DNA from: Squalus acanthias
Lineage: Eukaryota
DNA length: 64,000 bases
Reading direction: 5' to 3'
Assembly: GCA_030390025.1 (NCBI GenBank)
Contig: JASTWF010000207.1
Coordinates: 186,001 to 250,000, forward strand
The first letter of the stretch is position 1. Every line of letters begins with the position of its first letter. The notes below the pieces were generated by a model, which did no database searches, was not told the origin of the DNA, and saw only the letters and a list, made by a program, of their open reading frames with translations. Positions 12,573 to 24,766 of this stretch are shown piece after piece. A program made the position numbers and the translations under genes.

Positions 12573-15500
12573 CTAAAGAGTTGGTGCAGGAGGGAGGGCT
12601 TTAGTTTCCTGGATCACTGGGTCTGCTTCTGGGGAAGGTGGGACCTGTACAAGTTAGATGGGTTGCACCTGAACCGGAACGGGACCAACATCCTTGCGGG
12701 GAGGTTTGCTAGTGCTGTTGGGGGGGGGTTTAAACTAACTTGGCAGGGGGATAGGATACGGAGTGGAACTATAGTAGGGGGTGATTCACAGCCAAATCTA
12801 GAGGAAAAAAGAAGTCAGCCTGGAAGGCAGAGCAAATATGTAACGGCACAAGGGAGTATGGCAAGGCTGGATGGCATTTATTTTAATGCAAGGAGTCTTG
12901 CGAGTAAGGCAGATTAATTGAAGGTGTTGATGAACACATGGGAGTATGATATTGTTGCTATCACAGAGACATGGTTGAGGGAGGGGCAGGACTGGCAGCT
13001 CAATATTCCGGGGTATAGAATCTTTAGGCGAGACAGAGGTGGGTGTAAAAGAGGAGGGGGTGTCGCAATATTAATCAAGGAGTCAATTACTGCTGTAAGG
13101 AGGGATGATATCTTAGCAGGTTCCTCTAATGAGGCCATATTGGTAGCACTTAAAAACAAAAAGGGGGCAAGCACTTTGCTGGGAGTGTACTATAGGCCCC
13201 CAAACAGTCAGGGGGAAATAGAGGAACAGATATGTAGGCAAATCTCAGAGAAGTGTAGAAATAATAGGGTAATAATAGTAGGGGATTTCAACTTCCCCAA
13301 TATTAACTGGGATAGTCAGAGTGTGAAAGGCTTAGAGGGTGCGGAATTCTTAAAGTGCATCCAGGAGAGCTTTTTGAGCCAGCATAGAGAAAGTCCTACA
13401 AGAGAGGGGGCGGTACTGGACCTAATTCGAGGGAATGTAGCCGGGCAAGTGGTAGAAGTGTCAGTAGGAGAGCATTTTGGTGACAGTGACCATAATTCGG
13501 TGAGATTTAAGGTAGTCATGGAAAAGGACAAAGATGGACCGGAAATAAAGGTTCTAAATTGATGGAAGGCCGATTTTAATATGATAAGGCAGGATCTGCC
13601 AAAGTGGACTGGGATCAGCTACTTGTAGGAAAATCCACATCAGAGCAGTGGGAGTCATTCAGAAAGGAAACAGAGAGAGTACAACGCCAACATGTTCCCG
13701 TAAAGGTCAAGGGTGGGACCAACAAGCCCAGGGAACCCTGGATGTCAAGGGATATACGAGAATGGAGTAGGAAAAAAAGGGAGGCTTTTGGCAGATACAA
13801 AGGACTAAAAACAGTGGAAGCCCTGGAGGAGTATAGAAAGTGCAGGGGGGGTACTTAAAAAAAAAAAATTAGGAGAGCGAAGAGGGGGCATGAAAAAACA
13901 AACACTGGCAGGCAAAATAAAGGAAAATCCCAAGGTGTTTTATAAGTATATTAAGGGCAAGAGGATAACCAGGGAAAGAGTAGGGCCCATTAGGGACCAA
14001 AGTGGCAATCTGTGTGTAGAGCCAGAAGATGTAGGTGGGGTTTTAAATGAATATTTTGCATCTGTGTTCACTATGGAGAAGGACGATGTAGGCATAGAAA
14101 TCAGGCAGGGGGATTGTGATATACTTGAACAAATTAGTATTGAGAGGGAGGAAGTACTAGCAGTTTTAGCGGGCTTAAAAGTGGATAAATCCCCAGGCCC
14201 AGACGCGATGTATCCCAGGCTGCTGTGTGAGGCAAGGGAGGAGATTGCAGGGGCTCTGACACAAATTTCCAGAACCTCTCTGGCCACAGGGGAGGTGCCA
14301 GAGGACTGGGGGACAGCTAACGTAGTACCATTATTCAAGAAGGGTAGTAGGGATAAACCAGGGAATTACAGGCCAGTGAGCCTAACATCAGTGGTAGGGC
14401 AATTATTGGAAAAAATTCTGAGGGACAGAATTAGTCTCCACTTGGAGAGGCAAGGATTAATCAAGGATAGTCAGCATGGCTTTGTCAGGGGGAGATCATG
14501 TCTAACCAATTTGATTGAATTTTGCGAGGGGGTGACTAGGTGTGTGGATGAGGGTAGTGCAGTTGATGTAGTCTAAGGCTTTTGACAAAGTCCCGCATGG
14601 GAGACTGGTCAAGAAGGTAAGAGCCCATGGGATCCAGGGCAATTTGGCACATTGGATCCAAAATTGGCTTAGTGGTAGGAGGCAGAGGGTGATGGTCGAA
14701 GGTTGTTTTTGTGACTGGAAGCCTGTGTCCAATGGTGTACCGCAGGGATTGGCGCTGGGTCCTTTGCTGTTTGTAGTGTACATTAATGATTTAGATATGA
14801 ATGTAGGAGGTATGATCAGTAAGTTCGCAGATGACACGAAAATTGGTGGAGTGGTAAATAGCGAGGAGGGAAGCCTCAGGCTACAGGACGATATAGACGG
14901 GTTGGTCAGATGGGCAGAACAGTGGTAAATGGAATTTAACCCTGAAAAGTGTGAGGTGATGCATTTTGGGAGGACTAACAAGGCAAGGGAATACACAATG
15001 AATGGTAGGACCCTAGGAAGGACAGAGGATCAGAGGGACCTTGGTATGCATGTACATAGATCCCTGAAGGCAGCAGGACAGGTAGATAAAGGTGGTTAAA
15101 AAGGCATATGGGATACTTGCCTTCATTAGCTGAGGCATAGAATATAAGAGCAGGGAGGTTATGATGGAGCTGTACAAAACACTAGTTCGGCCACAGCTGG
15201 AATACTGTGTGCAGTTCTGGTCGCCACACTATAGGAAGGATGTGATTGCTTTGGAGAGGGTGCAGAGGAGATTCACCAGGATGTTACCTGGGCTAGAGCG
15301 CTTCAGCTATGAAGAGAGACTGGACAGGCTGGGGTTGTTTTCCTTAGAGCAGAGAAGGCTGAGGGGGGACCTGATTGAGGTGTACAAAATTATGAGGGGC
15401 ATAGATAGGGTAGATAGAAAGGAACTTTTCCTCTTACTAGAGGGGTCAATAACCAGGGGGCATAGTTTCAAGGTAAGGGGCAGGAGGTTTAGAGGGGATA

Positions 15501-15743
15501 TGAGGAAAAACCTTTTCACCCAGAGGGTGGTTGGAATCTGGAACTCACTGCCTGAAAGGGTGGTAGAGGCAGGAACCCTCACAACATTCAAGAAGCATTT
15601 AGATGAGCACTTGAAACGCCATAGCATACAAGGCTACGGACCAAGTGCTGGAAAATGGGATTAGAGATAGGGCTTGATGGCCGGCGCGGACACGATGGAC
15701 CGAAGGGCCTCTTTCTGTGCTGTATAACTGTATGACTCTATGA
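12573..15743 (+). mobile_element. CR1 LINE: end of ORF1 (esterase-like) plus disrupted ORF2 (APE endonuclease + RT)
   Basis: LKSWCRREGF..DGLHLN (ORF1); FNARS, AITETW, VYYRPP, GDFNFP, GDSDHN (endonuclease); FADD (RT); CTATGA-type tail near 15725-15743. Confidence 0.95.
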
Positions 15744-17258
15744 CCAAAAGCTTGGTCAAAGAGGTAGGTTTTAAGGAACGTCTTAAAGGAGGAAAGAGAG
15801 GTGGCAAGGTGGAGAGGTTTAGGCAGGGAATTCCAGAGTATCGGGCCGAGGCACCAGAAGGCACAGCCACCAAAGGTTGAGCGATTATAAATCAGGGATG
15901 CTCAAGAGGGCAGAATTAGAGGAGCGCAGATATCTCGGGGGGTTATGGGGCTGAAGGAGATTCCCGAGATAGGGAGGGGCGAAGCCATGAAGGGATTTGA
16001 AAACAAGGATGAGAATTTTGAAATTGAGGCGCTGCTTAACCGGGAGCCAATGTAGGTCAGCGAGCACAGGGGAGATTGGCGAACGGGATTTGGCAGCCCG
16101 TTTCCTAACTCGCACCGAGTTTTGGATGACCTCAAGTTTACGTAGGCTGGAATGTGGGAGGCCAGCCAGGAGTGCATTGAATAGTCAAATCTAGAGGTAA
16201 CAAAGGCATGGATGAGGGTTTCAACAGCGGATGAAAGGGCCGAGACGGGCGATATTACAGAGGTGGAAGTAGGCGGTCTTAGTTATGCCACGGATATGTG
16301 GTCGGAAGCCTATTTAAGGGTCAAATATGGCACCAAGGTTGCGAACAGTGTGGTTCAGCCTCAGACAGATGTTAGGGAGAGGTAGGAGTCAGTGGCTAGG
16401 GAACGGAGTTTGTGGCAGGGTCCGAAACAATGGCTTCGGTCTTCCCAATATTTAATTGGAGAAAATTTCTGCTCATCCAGAACTGGATGTCGGACAAGCA
16501 GTCTGACAATTTAAACACCATGGAGGGGTCGAGAGAAGAGGTAGTGAGGTAGAGCTGGGTGTCATCAGCGTACATGTGGAAACTGACACTGTGTTTTCGG
16601 ATGATGTCGCCAAGGGGCAACATGTAGATGAGAAATAGGAGGGGGACAAGGATAGATCCTTGGGGGACACCAGAGGTAACGATGGGGGAGTGGGAAGAGA
16701 AGCCGTTGCAGGTGATTCTCTGGTTACGATTAGATAGATAAGAATGGAACCAGGCGAGTGCAGTCCCACCCAGCTGGATGACGATGGAGAGGCGTTGGAG
16801 AAGGATGGAGTGGTCAACTGTGTCAAAGGTTGCAGACAAGTCAAGAAGGACGAGGAGGGATAGTTTACCTTTGTCACAGTCACAAAGGATGTCCTTTGTG
16901 ACTTTGATGAGAGCCGTTTCAGTACTGTGGCAAGGGCAGAAACCAGATTGGAGGGATTCAAACATGGAATTGCGGGAAAGATTGAGCACGGATTTGGAAG
17001 GCGACAACATGTTCAAGGATTTTGGAGAGGAAAGGGAGGTTGGAGATGGGGCAGTAGTTAGCAAGGACGGAGGGATCAGGGGTTGGGTTTTGAGGAGAGG
17101 GGTGATGACGGCACATTTGAGGGAGAGGATAACAGTACTTGAGGAGAGAGAACCGTTAACAATATCAGCTAACATGGGAGCCAGAAAAAGAAGTTGGGTG
17201 GTCAGCAGTTTGGTGGGAATAGGGTCGAGGGAGCAGGAGGTGGATCTCATGGACAAGA
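15744..17258 (-). mobile_element. L2-clade LINE, 3' half
   Basis: ORF 16396-17256 with HSTETAL, LLDLSATFDTVDH, GVPQGSIL, YADDTQLY; LHWLPVKQRLNFKIL is a typical L2 C-terminus. Confidence 0.92.
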
Positions 17259-17269
17259 TACAGACATAA

Positions 17270-18080
17270 ATATTTTTAAAGTTATATATTCTGTCTTTAC
17301 TTTTATATCATGCTTCGATTTTATAAATATTATTTATATTGTTAAATAGCAAAATGGTAAAGTGGAAAGAAGAAAACTAGAGTAGTTTGGAATATAGGGA
17401 GTTTCTCTGCAGCAGAGGCTGAGGAGCTGGGGCATACAAAAATATTATAGCAATACAACTGGTGGGAGGATGTCATTACAGTATGGCAAGTTTACATAGA
17501 CATTTTTCATTATAAATGTTGACATAGTAATTTATAAATGTTGACACAAATATGACAAAAATGTAAGAAGTAAGATTTTGTAGACAGGAAGTACATGCAG
17601 ATGCAAGATCTTTAATATATTACTAGTCAATCTCCCATCGCATTGCACACAGGTAGTCAAGACCAAGTGTAATCTTCAGGTGAAGAAGAGCTAGAATCCG
17701 GTGGATAATTGAACCAGACTGTGCAAATGTAATTCAGTCACGATTTTAAAGTCATATATTCTGTCCTTATTTTTATATAATACTTTGTTTTTATATTATT
17801 ATTTATAGCTAAATAGCAATACTTATGGAAGTAGAGTTGTTCGGAGCATAGGAGTTTCTCTGCAGCTGGAAGAGACAAAACTGAGGTGCTACAACATAGG
17901 AGGGTGTAAATACAATGTAACAAGTTAACATAGGCAGTCTCTATTATAAAGGTGGCTGTGGAAATTTATAATAGAAAAAAGTTGACACAAAAGTGTGACA
18001 AAAGCTTGACAACAGGATGCAAGGTTTTGTATACAGTAAATGTGCATAGATGCAAGATTGTTGACATATGTAGATTTAAA
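17270..18080. repeat. Unassigned old repeat, imperfect tandem duplication
   Basis: GAGTTTCTCTGCAGC...GTTGACACAAA...AGATGCAAGAT occurs at ~17399-17630 and again at ~17852-18060; related copies at 29560-29790 and 57740-58070. Confidence 0.65.
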
Positions 18081-18094
18081 TATATTGACTGTAC

Positions 18095-18184
18095 CGGATA
18101 TGTGCTCGAACCTTAAACCCTCTGAAACAGCTCTGGATTTTCACAGCAGCACAATGTTCTCTTAGTCGGTTTTCTTCTGTAATC
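18095..18184 (-). CDS. SPATA17: SPATA17 coding exon 2 (IQ motif 1)
   Basis: 90 bp, acceptor atatttcag| and donor |gtacag; (W)ITEENRLREHCAAVKIQSCFRGFKVRAHI(R) resembles recalled human ENDAAVKIQSWFRGCQVRAYIR; phase 2-2. Confidence 0.95.
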
Positions 18185-18635
18185 CTGAAATATTTTATTT
18201 GGTTACGGATACGTTAGAGCAGACTGAAAGAACCAAACTGCTTTCTTATAAAAAGTTAAGAGACAAGTTTGTTTAAAAAACCTCTCATAACAACTAAGAA
18301 CACAACTATTTTTAAAGCTAACCATATTTTTTAAACACAATGCAGATGGGTTTTAGATTTAGTAAGTGCACTCAGCTGCACCTTTAATCATGTCAAAGGG
18401 CAGAATTTTGATGCTCCTCGTGCTGCCTGCGACAAAGATCAGCAGAGCTTCCTCCTCCATCTGGGTGAGGGCTTGAAGGGATGCTGCCGCTCCCCCAAGT
18501 GGTAGTCCTCACCCGGCTGTTGTGTGCCAGTTTGTTCTGCAAAAAAGAGCTGGAGTGCTTTAGTGTGCAGTTCTTATGAAGGATTGTGCACGTGAGGTAG
18601 CTTTATATATTGCGCATGCTGAGAAGGAAAGACCG

Positions 18636-19306
18636 CCTATTTCCACCTCTGTAACATCGCTCGTCTCTGCCCTTGCCTCAGCTCATCCGCTGCTGAAACC
18701 CTCATCCATGCCTCTGTTACCTCTAGGCTTGACTATTCCAATGCACTCCTGGCTGGCCTCCCACATTCTACCCTACGTAAACTTGAGGTCATCCAAAGCT
18801 CGGCTGCCCATGTCCTAACTCGCACCAAGTCCCGTTCACCCGAGCTCGCTGACCTACAACGCCTCCACGTTAAGTAACGCCTCGATTTCAAAATTCTCAC
18901 CCTTGTTTTCAAATCCCTCCATGGCCTCGCCCCTCCCCATCTCTGCAATCTCCTTCAGCCCCACAACCCCACTCCACGCCCCCCCACCACCGAGATATCT
19001 GCGCTCCTCTAATTTTGCCCTCTTGAGCATCCCTGATTATAATCGCTCAACCATTGGTGGCCGTGCCTTCTGTTGCCTAGGCCTAAGCTCTGGAATTCCC
19101 TGCCTAAACCTCTCCAACTTGCTACCTCTCTTTCCTCCTTTAAGACGCTCCTTAAAACCTACCTCTTTGACCAAGCTTTTGGTCACCTGCCCTAATTTCT
19201 CCTTATGTGGCTCGTTCCAAATTTTTTTTGTCTTTTAATACTCCTGTGAAGCGCCTTGGGTTGTTTTATTATGTTAAATGCGCTATATAAATACAAGATG
19301 TTGTTG
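18636..19306 (+). mobile_element. L2 LINE 3' end
   Basis: Close reverse complement of 15744-16250; ends GCTATATAAATACAAGATGTTGTTG. Confidence 0.9.
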
Positions 19307-20077
19307 GAAAAGTAGTACATTGGGAGCAGCATAGGAAGATGGTAATGTGCAAAAAAGTGGCTCCAGTGTGAAATGTGATTGAAATGAGGAGAAGAATGTG
19401 GAGCAGGGGAGGGAAGTATTTGGAGTGCAGGGAGGTAGGGTGTGCTGTGGCAAGGTCTCTTGTAAAATAAAGATAGCAAGACATCACTCGCACCCTTACC
19501 TCCGGGTAAGGTCGTTGAACTTCTTGTGGCTCTGAACCAATGCCCAGGGGATGGTGTTCTCTGCCACCTCCCTCCAAGCCTGCTACAGTGTTTGCCTGAG
19601 CACCCTCCTGCCATCAGAGAGGAAGAGGACCTATTTTTGGGCCCTCATCTGCTCCACCAAAATATCTACTGCAGCGTCACTAAACCTTGGAGCTCTAACA
19701 TGGGACACACACCCCAAATTGTATAATCAGGGGAATAATTTTAATAAGAGTTAAATGACACCTTGCTTTAAGAGGTGCAAGCACACTTTAAATAGGTGTT
19801 GGAAATCCCACCTACCAAATCGACAAGCTGCCAATTATCACTGATTCAAATGAGACCCAACCATAAAAATGGTTTAAACCTCTTGCTGATAACATTGGGC
19901 ATGAGGTCTGATCGCCCTGCCGACCACCCACACTATTTCTACTGAAAATTGAAATCTGGGCTAATATCTCTTACCTGAAATTTTCTCAAAGATACACTTG
20001 CAAGACAGTTGAAGTAGAAGAAAGCTCTCCAATAGTATTAGCCAATAAGCAGATTAAGTGAATTAGAAAAGTACGAA

Positions 20078-20312
20078 ACAAAAACAAAAAATGTTGAAAA
20101 CATTCAACAGATCAGGCACAATCTGTGTAGAGAACAAACAGGATACAATTTTCAAGTGTGCAAACTCTTCATCACGATTCAATTCTGATGATAAGTTCAC
20201 TCACTCAAATTGTTAACCTATTTGTTCTCGCCACAGAAGCTGCCTGACCTGCTGAATGTTTCCATCATTTTCTGTTTTTGTTTCAGATTTCCCCCATCTG
20301 CAGTACTTTTGT
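20078..20312. mobile_element. Palindromic Penelope-derived non-autonomous element, degenerate
   Basis: The left arm (AAACAAAAAATGTTGAAAACATTCAACAGATCAGGCA) is the imperfect inverse of the right arm (TGCCTGACCTGCTGAATGTTTCCATCATTTTCTGTTTT); the centre holds TCATCA..CTGATGA; same family as 26901-29522. Confidence 0.75.
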
Positions 20313-20851
20313 TCAGAAAAATTAGAATCTGGGACGTTCCCAGGTTGTTGTGCTCAGCTGGTTAAGGCAGTGATTGGCTGATCATACAGACAGGGAAGGT
20401 TCCAAGCTTACTGTCCGTCTTGTTGAGGTGACTGTTCTCAGCTGGGGTAGAAGTAGGAATGCTACAAATGGCCTCAGTGCTCTGGCTTCAGCCAGGGTTT
20501 ATATGCCTGATCATTATCCAACAACCTCTTTTGGAAGTGCACGTGAGTGAATGTAATGAAGCTCAATTCTAAGGTTATACAGGTTCAACTGTGTAAGACA
20601 GCAAAGCTTCTATCACCATTTGAGAAAGATGGAGACTAAAACTTTATGATTGACGGAAGCAGGACTGCAAATAAAGGGCGTGAGATCACAGTTAAGGAAG
20701 AGAGATCAAAGATATCAGATGCGAATACAATAAGTATGAACTTTTACTTTCAAAGCTTAGCAGAATAAAGAAAACTTTGAAACTTTGTTACAACCATACA
20801 GTAAGTATAAGTTGATTTTTCTTGTCCTTTAGATCATTAATGGATTAATTC

Positions 20852-21080
20852 GGCCCGGAATTTGCAGTCAGCAGTGAAGCAACGCCAATTGCCGCTGGCC
20901 TCAAAGAAAACTGCCCACAAAGATCTCACGATCTCTGTGGTGAAAACTTTATCTTTCTCGACCTTAATTTGAATGTAGCGCTGTCAAAAGCGGATAGTCA
21001 GCGTACAGCAGCAATGATGTCATCAAGTTGTCGAAGCAGCCAATTACATTGAAGAATTCTCACAGACAGCAAACCAGGGA
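20852..21080. mobile_element. Partial copy of the 3987-4709 MITE, inverted
   Basis: Shared reverse-complemented blocks such as GATGTCATCAAG, GCAGCCAAT, AAGAATTCTC and CAGACAGCAAACCAGG. Confidence 0.75.
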
Positions 21081-21102
21081 AAAAAAAAAAAAATTTTTTT
21101 AA

Positions 21103-22485
21103 TATTCGTTCGTGGGATGTCGGCGTCACTGGCAAGGCCAGCATTTATTGCCCATCCCTACTTGCCCTTGAGAAGGTGGTGGTGAGCCGCCTTCTTGAAC
21201 CGCTGCAGTCTGTGTGGTGAAAGTACCCCTACAGTGCTGCTGGGGAGGGAGTTCCAGGATTTTGACCCAGCGACGATGAAGGAACGGCGATAAACTTCCA
21301 TGTCAGGACTGTGTGCGACTTGGAGGGGAACTTAGAGGTGGTGGTGTTCCCATGCACCTGCTGCCCTTGTCCTGCTAGGTGGTAGAGTTCACGGGTTTGG
21401 GAGGTGCTGCCGAAGAAGCCTTGGCGAGTTGCTGCAGTGCATCTTGTAAATGTTACACTCTGCAGCCACGGTACGCTGGTGGTGGAGGGAGTGAATGTTT
21501 AAGGTGGTGGATGGGGTGCCAATCAAGCGGGCTGCTTTGTCCTGGATGGTGTCGAGCTTCTTGAGTGTTGTTGGAGCTGCACTCATCCAGGCAAGTGGAG
21601 AGTATTCCATCACACTCCTTACTTGTGCCTTGTAGATGGTGGAAAGGCTTTGGGGAGTCAGGAGGTGAGACACTCGCCACAGAATACCTAGCCTCTGACC
21701 TGCTCTTGTTGCCACAGTATTTATGTGGCTGGTCCAGTTAAGTTTCTGGTCAATGGTGACCCCCAGGATATAGATGGTGGGGGATTCGGCAATGGTAATG
21801 CCGTTGAATGTCAAGGGGCGGTGGTTAGACTCACGCTTGTTGCGATTGTCATTGCCTGGCACTTGTGTGGTGCGAATGTTACCTGCCACTTATCAGCCCA
21901 AGCCTGAACGTCGTCCAGGTCTAGTTGCATGCGGGCATGGACTGCTTCATTATCTGAGGAGTTGTGAATGGCACTTAACACTGTGCAGTAATCAGCGAAC
22001 ATCCCCATTTCTGACCTTATGTTGGAGGGAAGGTCATTGATGAAGCAGCTGAAGATGGTTGGGCCTAGGACACTGCCCTTAGGAACTCCTGCAGCGATAT
22101 CCTGGGGCTGTGATGATTGACCTTCAACCACCTCAACCATCTTCCTTTGTGCTAGGTATGACTCCAGCCAGTGGAGAGTTTTCTCCCCGATTCTCATTGA
22201 TTTCTATTTTTCTTGGGCTCCTTGATGCCACACTCAGTCAAATACTGCCTTGATGTCAAGGGCAGTTACTCTCACCTCACCTCTGGAATTCAGTTCCTTT
22301 GTCCATGTTTGGACCTAGGATGTAATGAGGTCGGGAGCCGAGTGGTCTTGGCGAAACCCAAACTGGGCATCAGTGAGCAGGTTATTGGTGAGTAAGTGCC
22401 GCTTGATAGCACTGTTGTTGACGCCTTCCATCACTTTGCTGATGATTGAGAGTAGACTGATGGGGCGGTAATTGGCCAGATTGGA
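21103..22485 (-). mobile_element. CR1-group non-LTR retrotransposon, RT and 3' end
   Basis: WLESYLAQRKM..GVPKGSVLGP..FADY (mutated FADD); YKAQVRSVMEYSPLAW; same family as 36650-37455. Confidence 0.9.
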
Positions 22486-22781
22486 TACTTCTTAATTAAG
22501 ATACTAATTAAGGTGTTATCCGTGGCTCAGTGGGGGGTAGCACCTACGCCTCAGAGTCAGAAGGTTGTGGGTCCAAGTCCCACTCCAGCAACCTGAGCAC
22601 AAAAATCTAGGCTGATACTCTAGTGCAGTACTGAGGGAGTGCTGCACTGTTGGAGGTACCGTCTTTCGGATGAGACGTTAAACTGAGGCACTGTCTGCTC
22701 TCTCAGATGGATGTAAAAGATCCCATAGCACTATTTTGAAGAAGAGCAGGGGAGTTATCCCCAGTGTGCTGGCCAATATTT

Positions 22782-24766
22782 AAGGGCTCATGGGGTTGGG
22801 GGTAATATAGTAGCATGGATAGAGGATTGGTTAACGGACAGAAAACAGAGAGTAGGGATAAACGGGTCTTTTTCAGGTTGGCAGGCTGTAACTAGTGGGG
22901 TGCCACAAGGATCAGTGCTGGGGCCTCAGCTATTTACAATTTATATCAATGACCTAGATGAAGGAACTGAGTGTAAAGTATCCAAGTTTGCTGACGATAT
23001 AAAGCTAAGTGGGACAGTAAACTGTGAGGAGAACACAAAGGCAGCGATTTTCTCGATCGATGTGGCTTGGGAGCGGGTCAGGTGGCTTCCGGGTTCCAGT
23101 CCCGCCCCCAACTACATCCGGCCTACAGACGTGATTTTACGTCAATTGGCCTTGTTAAGCTCGTCCCGCAGGCTTGCCAGCCAACTAAGACGAAGCCGGT
23201 CAGATGACGTCATTTGATGACGCGTCATCTGCCGGTTTTCTTAAAGGGACCACGCACAATTTTTTTGTGACAGCTGATTTCTCAGTGTTTGACAGCACTG
23301 AGGTGTTGCAAACACTGACAATCACTGTACAAAGATGAGCTCTTGCACCCAGGCTCTCGAGTGACTCCCTCCTTAGGCTAAAACAGATGGCAGCTGCAGG
23401 TGAGGTTACAGAAGCGATCTGTCACTGGTGAGAGAGGTTCTCCCAATGAGGTGGGACTAGACATACAATTCAAAACTTGTTACCTACGGAAAAGTCTAAA
23501 TGCATTAAAAATGAATTTCCCAATATTTTCTTACCTCTGAAACTCACCAGTGCACCACTGGATCCTTCACACCACTTCTGCAGCTGTCATCAATGCAGAA
23601 ACATTACAGCAGACTCACAACACACCACACTTACCTGGCGTGGTGTCCGGACGTCGGGAAGCCTGAAGTAGAAGTGTCAAAATTGAAAAAGAGCCAGTTA
23701 ACTGCCTTTAACAGGCAGTTAAGTGGCTATAATCCTCTTCCTGCCGCTAGGTGTCGGGTCCATGCGCAAATCGGGGACCCGACACTTGGGAAGATTGATT
23801 GGAGGCGGGTTGACAGCAGGTTTCCTGCCCGCTGTCAATCTTTGCGATTTTGCCAGAGGTCCTGCCTTCAAACCCACCCCCTGAGTGCCAGCAAAATTCC
23901 AGCCAAAGAGTCTGCAAAGGGATACAGATAGACTAAGTGAGTGGGCAGTAAGGTGGCAGATGGAGTGTAATGTAGGGAAATGTGAGGTTATTCACTTTGG
24001 TAGGAAGAATAGAAAAACAGAATTTTTTTAAATGGTGAGACTCTTTTAAATGTTGGTGTTCAGAGAGATTTGGGTGTCATTGTGCAAGAAACACAGAAAG
24101 CTAGCATGCAGGTACAGCAAGCAATAAGGAAGGCAAATGGCATGTTGGCCTTTATTGCAAGGGGGTTGGAGTATAAGAGTAAGGAAGTATTGCTACAATT
24201 GTACAGGGCCTTGGTGAGACCACACCTGGAGTACTATGCACAGTTTTGGTCTCCTTATCTAAGGAAGGATATACTTGCCTTGGAGGCAGTGCAACGAAGG
24301 TTCACTAGATTGATTCCTGGGATGAGAGGGCTGTCCTATGATGAGAGATTGTGTAGAATGGGCCTATATTCTCTGGAGTTTAGAAGAATGAGAGGTGATC
24401 TCATTGAAACATACAAGATTCTGAAGGGACTTAACAGGGTAGATGATGAGAGGTTGTTTCCCCTGGCTGGAGTGTCTAGAACTAGGGGGTACAGTCTCAG
24501 GATAAGGGGTAGGTCATTTAAGACTGAGATGAGGAAGAATTTCTTCATTCAGAGGGTTGTGAATCTTTGGAATTCTCTGCCCCAGAGGGCTGTGGATGCG
24601 GAGTCTTTGAGTATATAGATTTTTGGACTCATGGGAAATCAAGGGATATGGAGATCAGGCGGGAAAGTGGAGTTGAGGTCGATGATCAGCCATGATCTTA
24701 TTGAATCGCGGAGCAGGCTCGAGGGGCCGTATGGCCTACACCTGCTCCTATTTCTTATGTTCTTAT
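22782..24766 (+). mobile_element. CR1 LINE 3' part inserted in the SINE, itself interrupted at 23040-23904
   Basis: [12 protein letters not shown] (22900-23000), ORF 24070-24618 and tail TTCTTATGTTCTTAT. Confidence 0.93.
23040..23904 (+). mobile_element. Harbinger-type non-autonomous element with 3-bp TSD (AAA)
   Basis: TIR GGCAGCGATTTT / AAAATTCCAGCC; removal restores CR1 GAGAACACAAAGAGTCTGCAA; the 5' arm is homologous to 58280-58615. Confidence 0.85.

Noticed and set aside
22512-22600. tRNA gene
   Set aside because: The A/B boxes continue into a SINE body and tail found in several copies.
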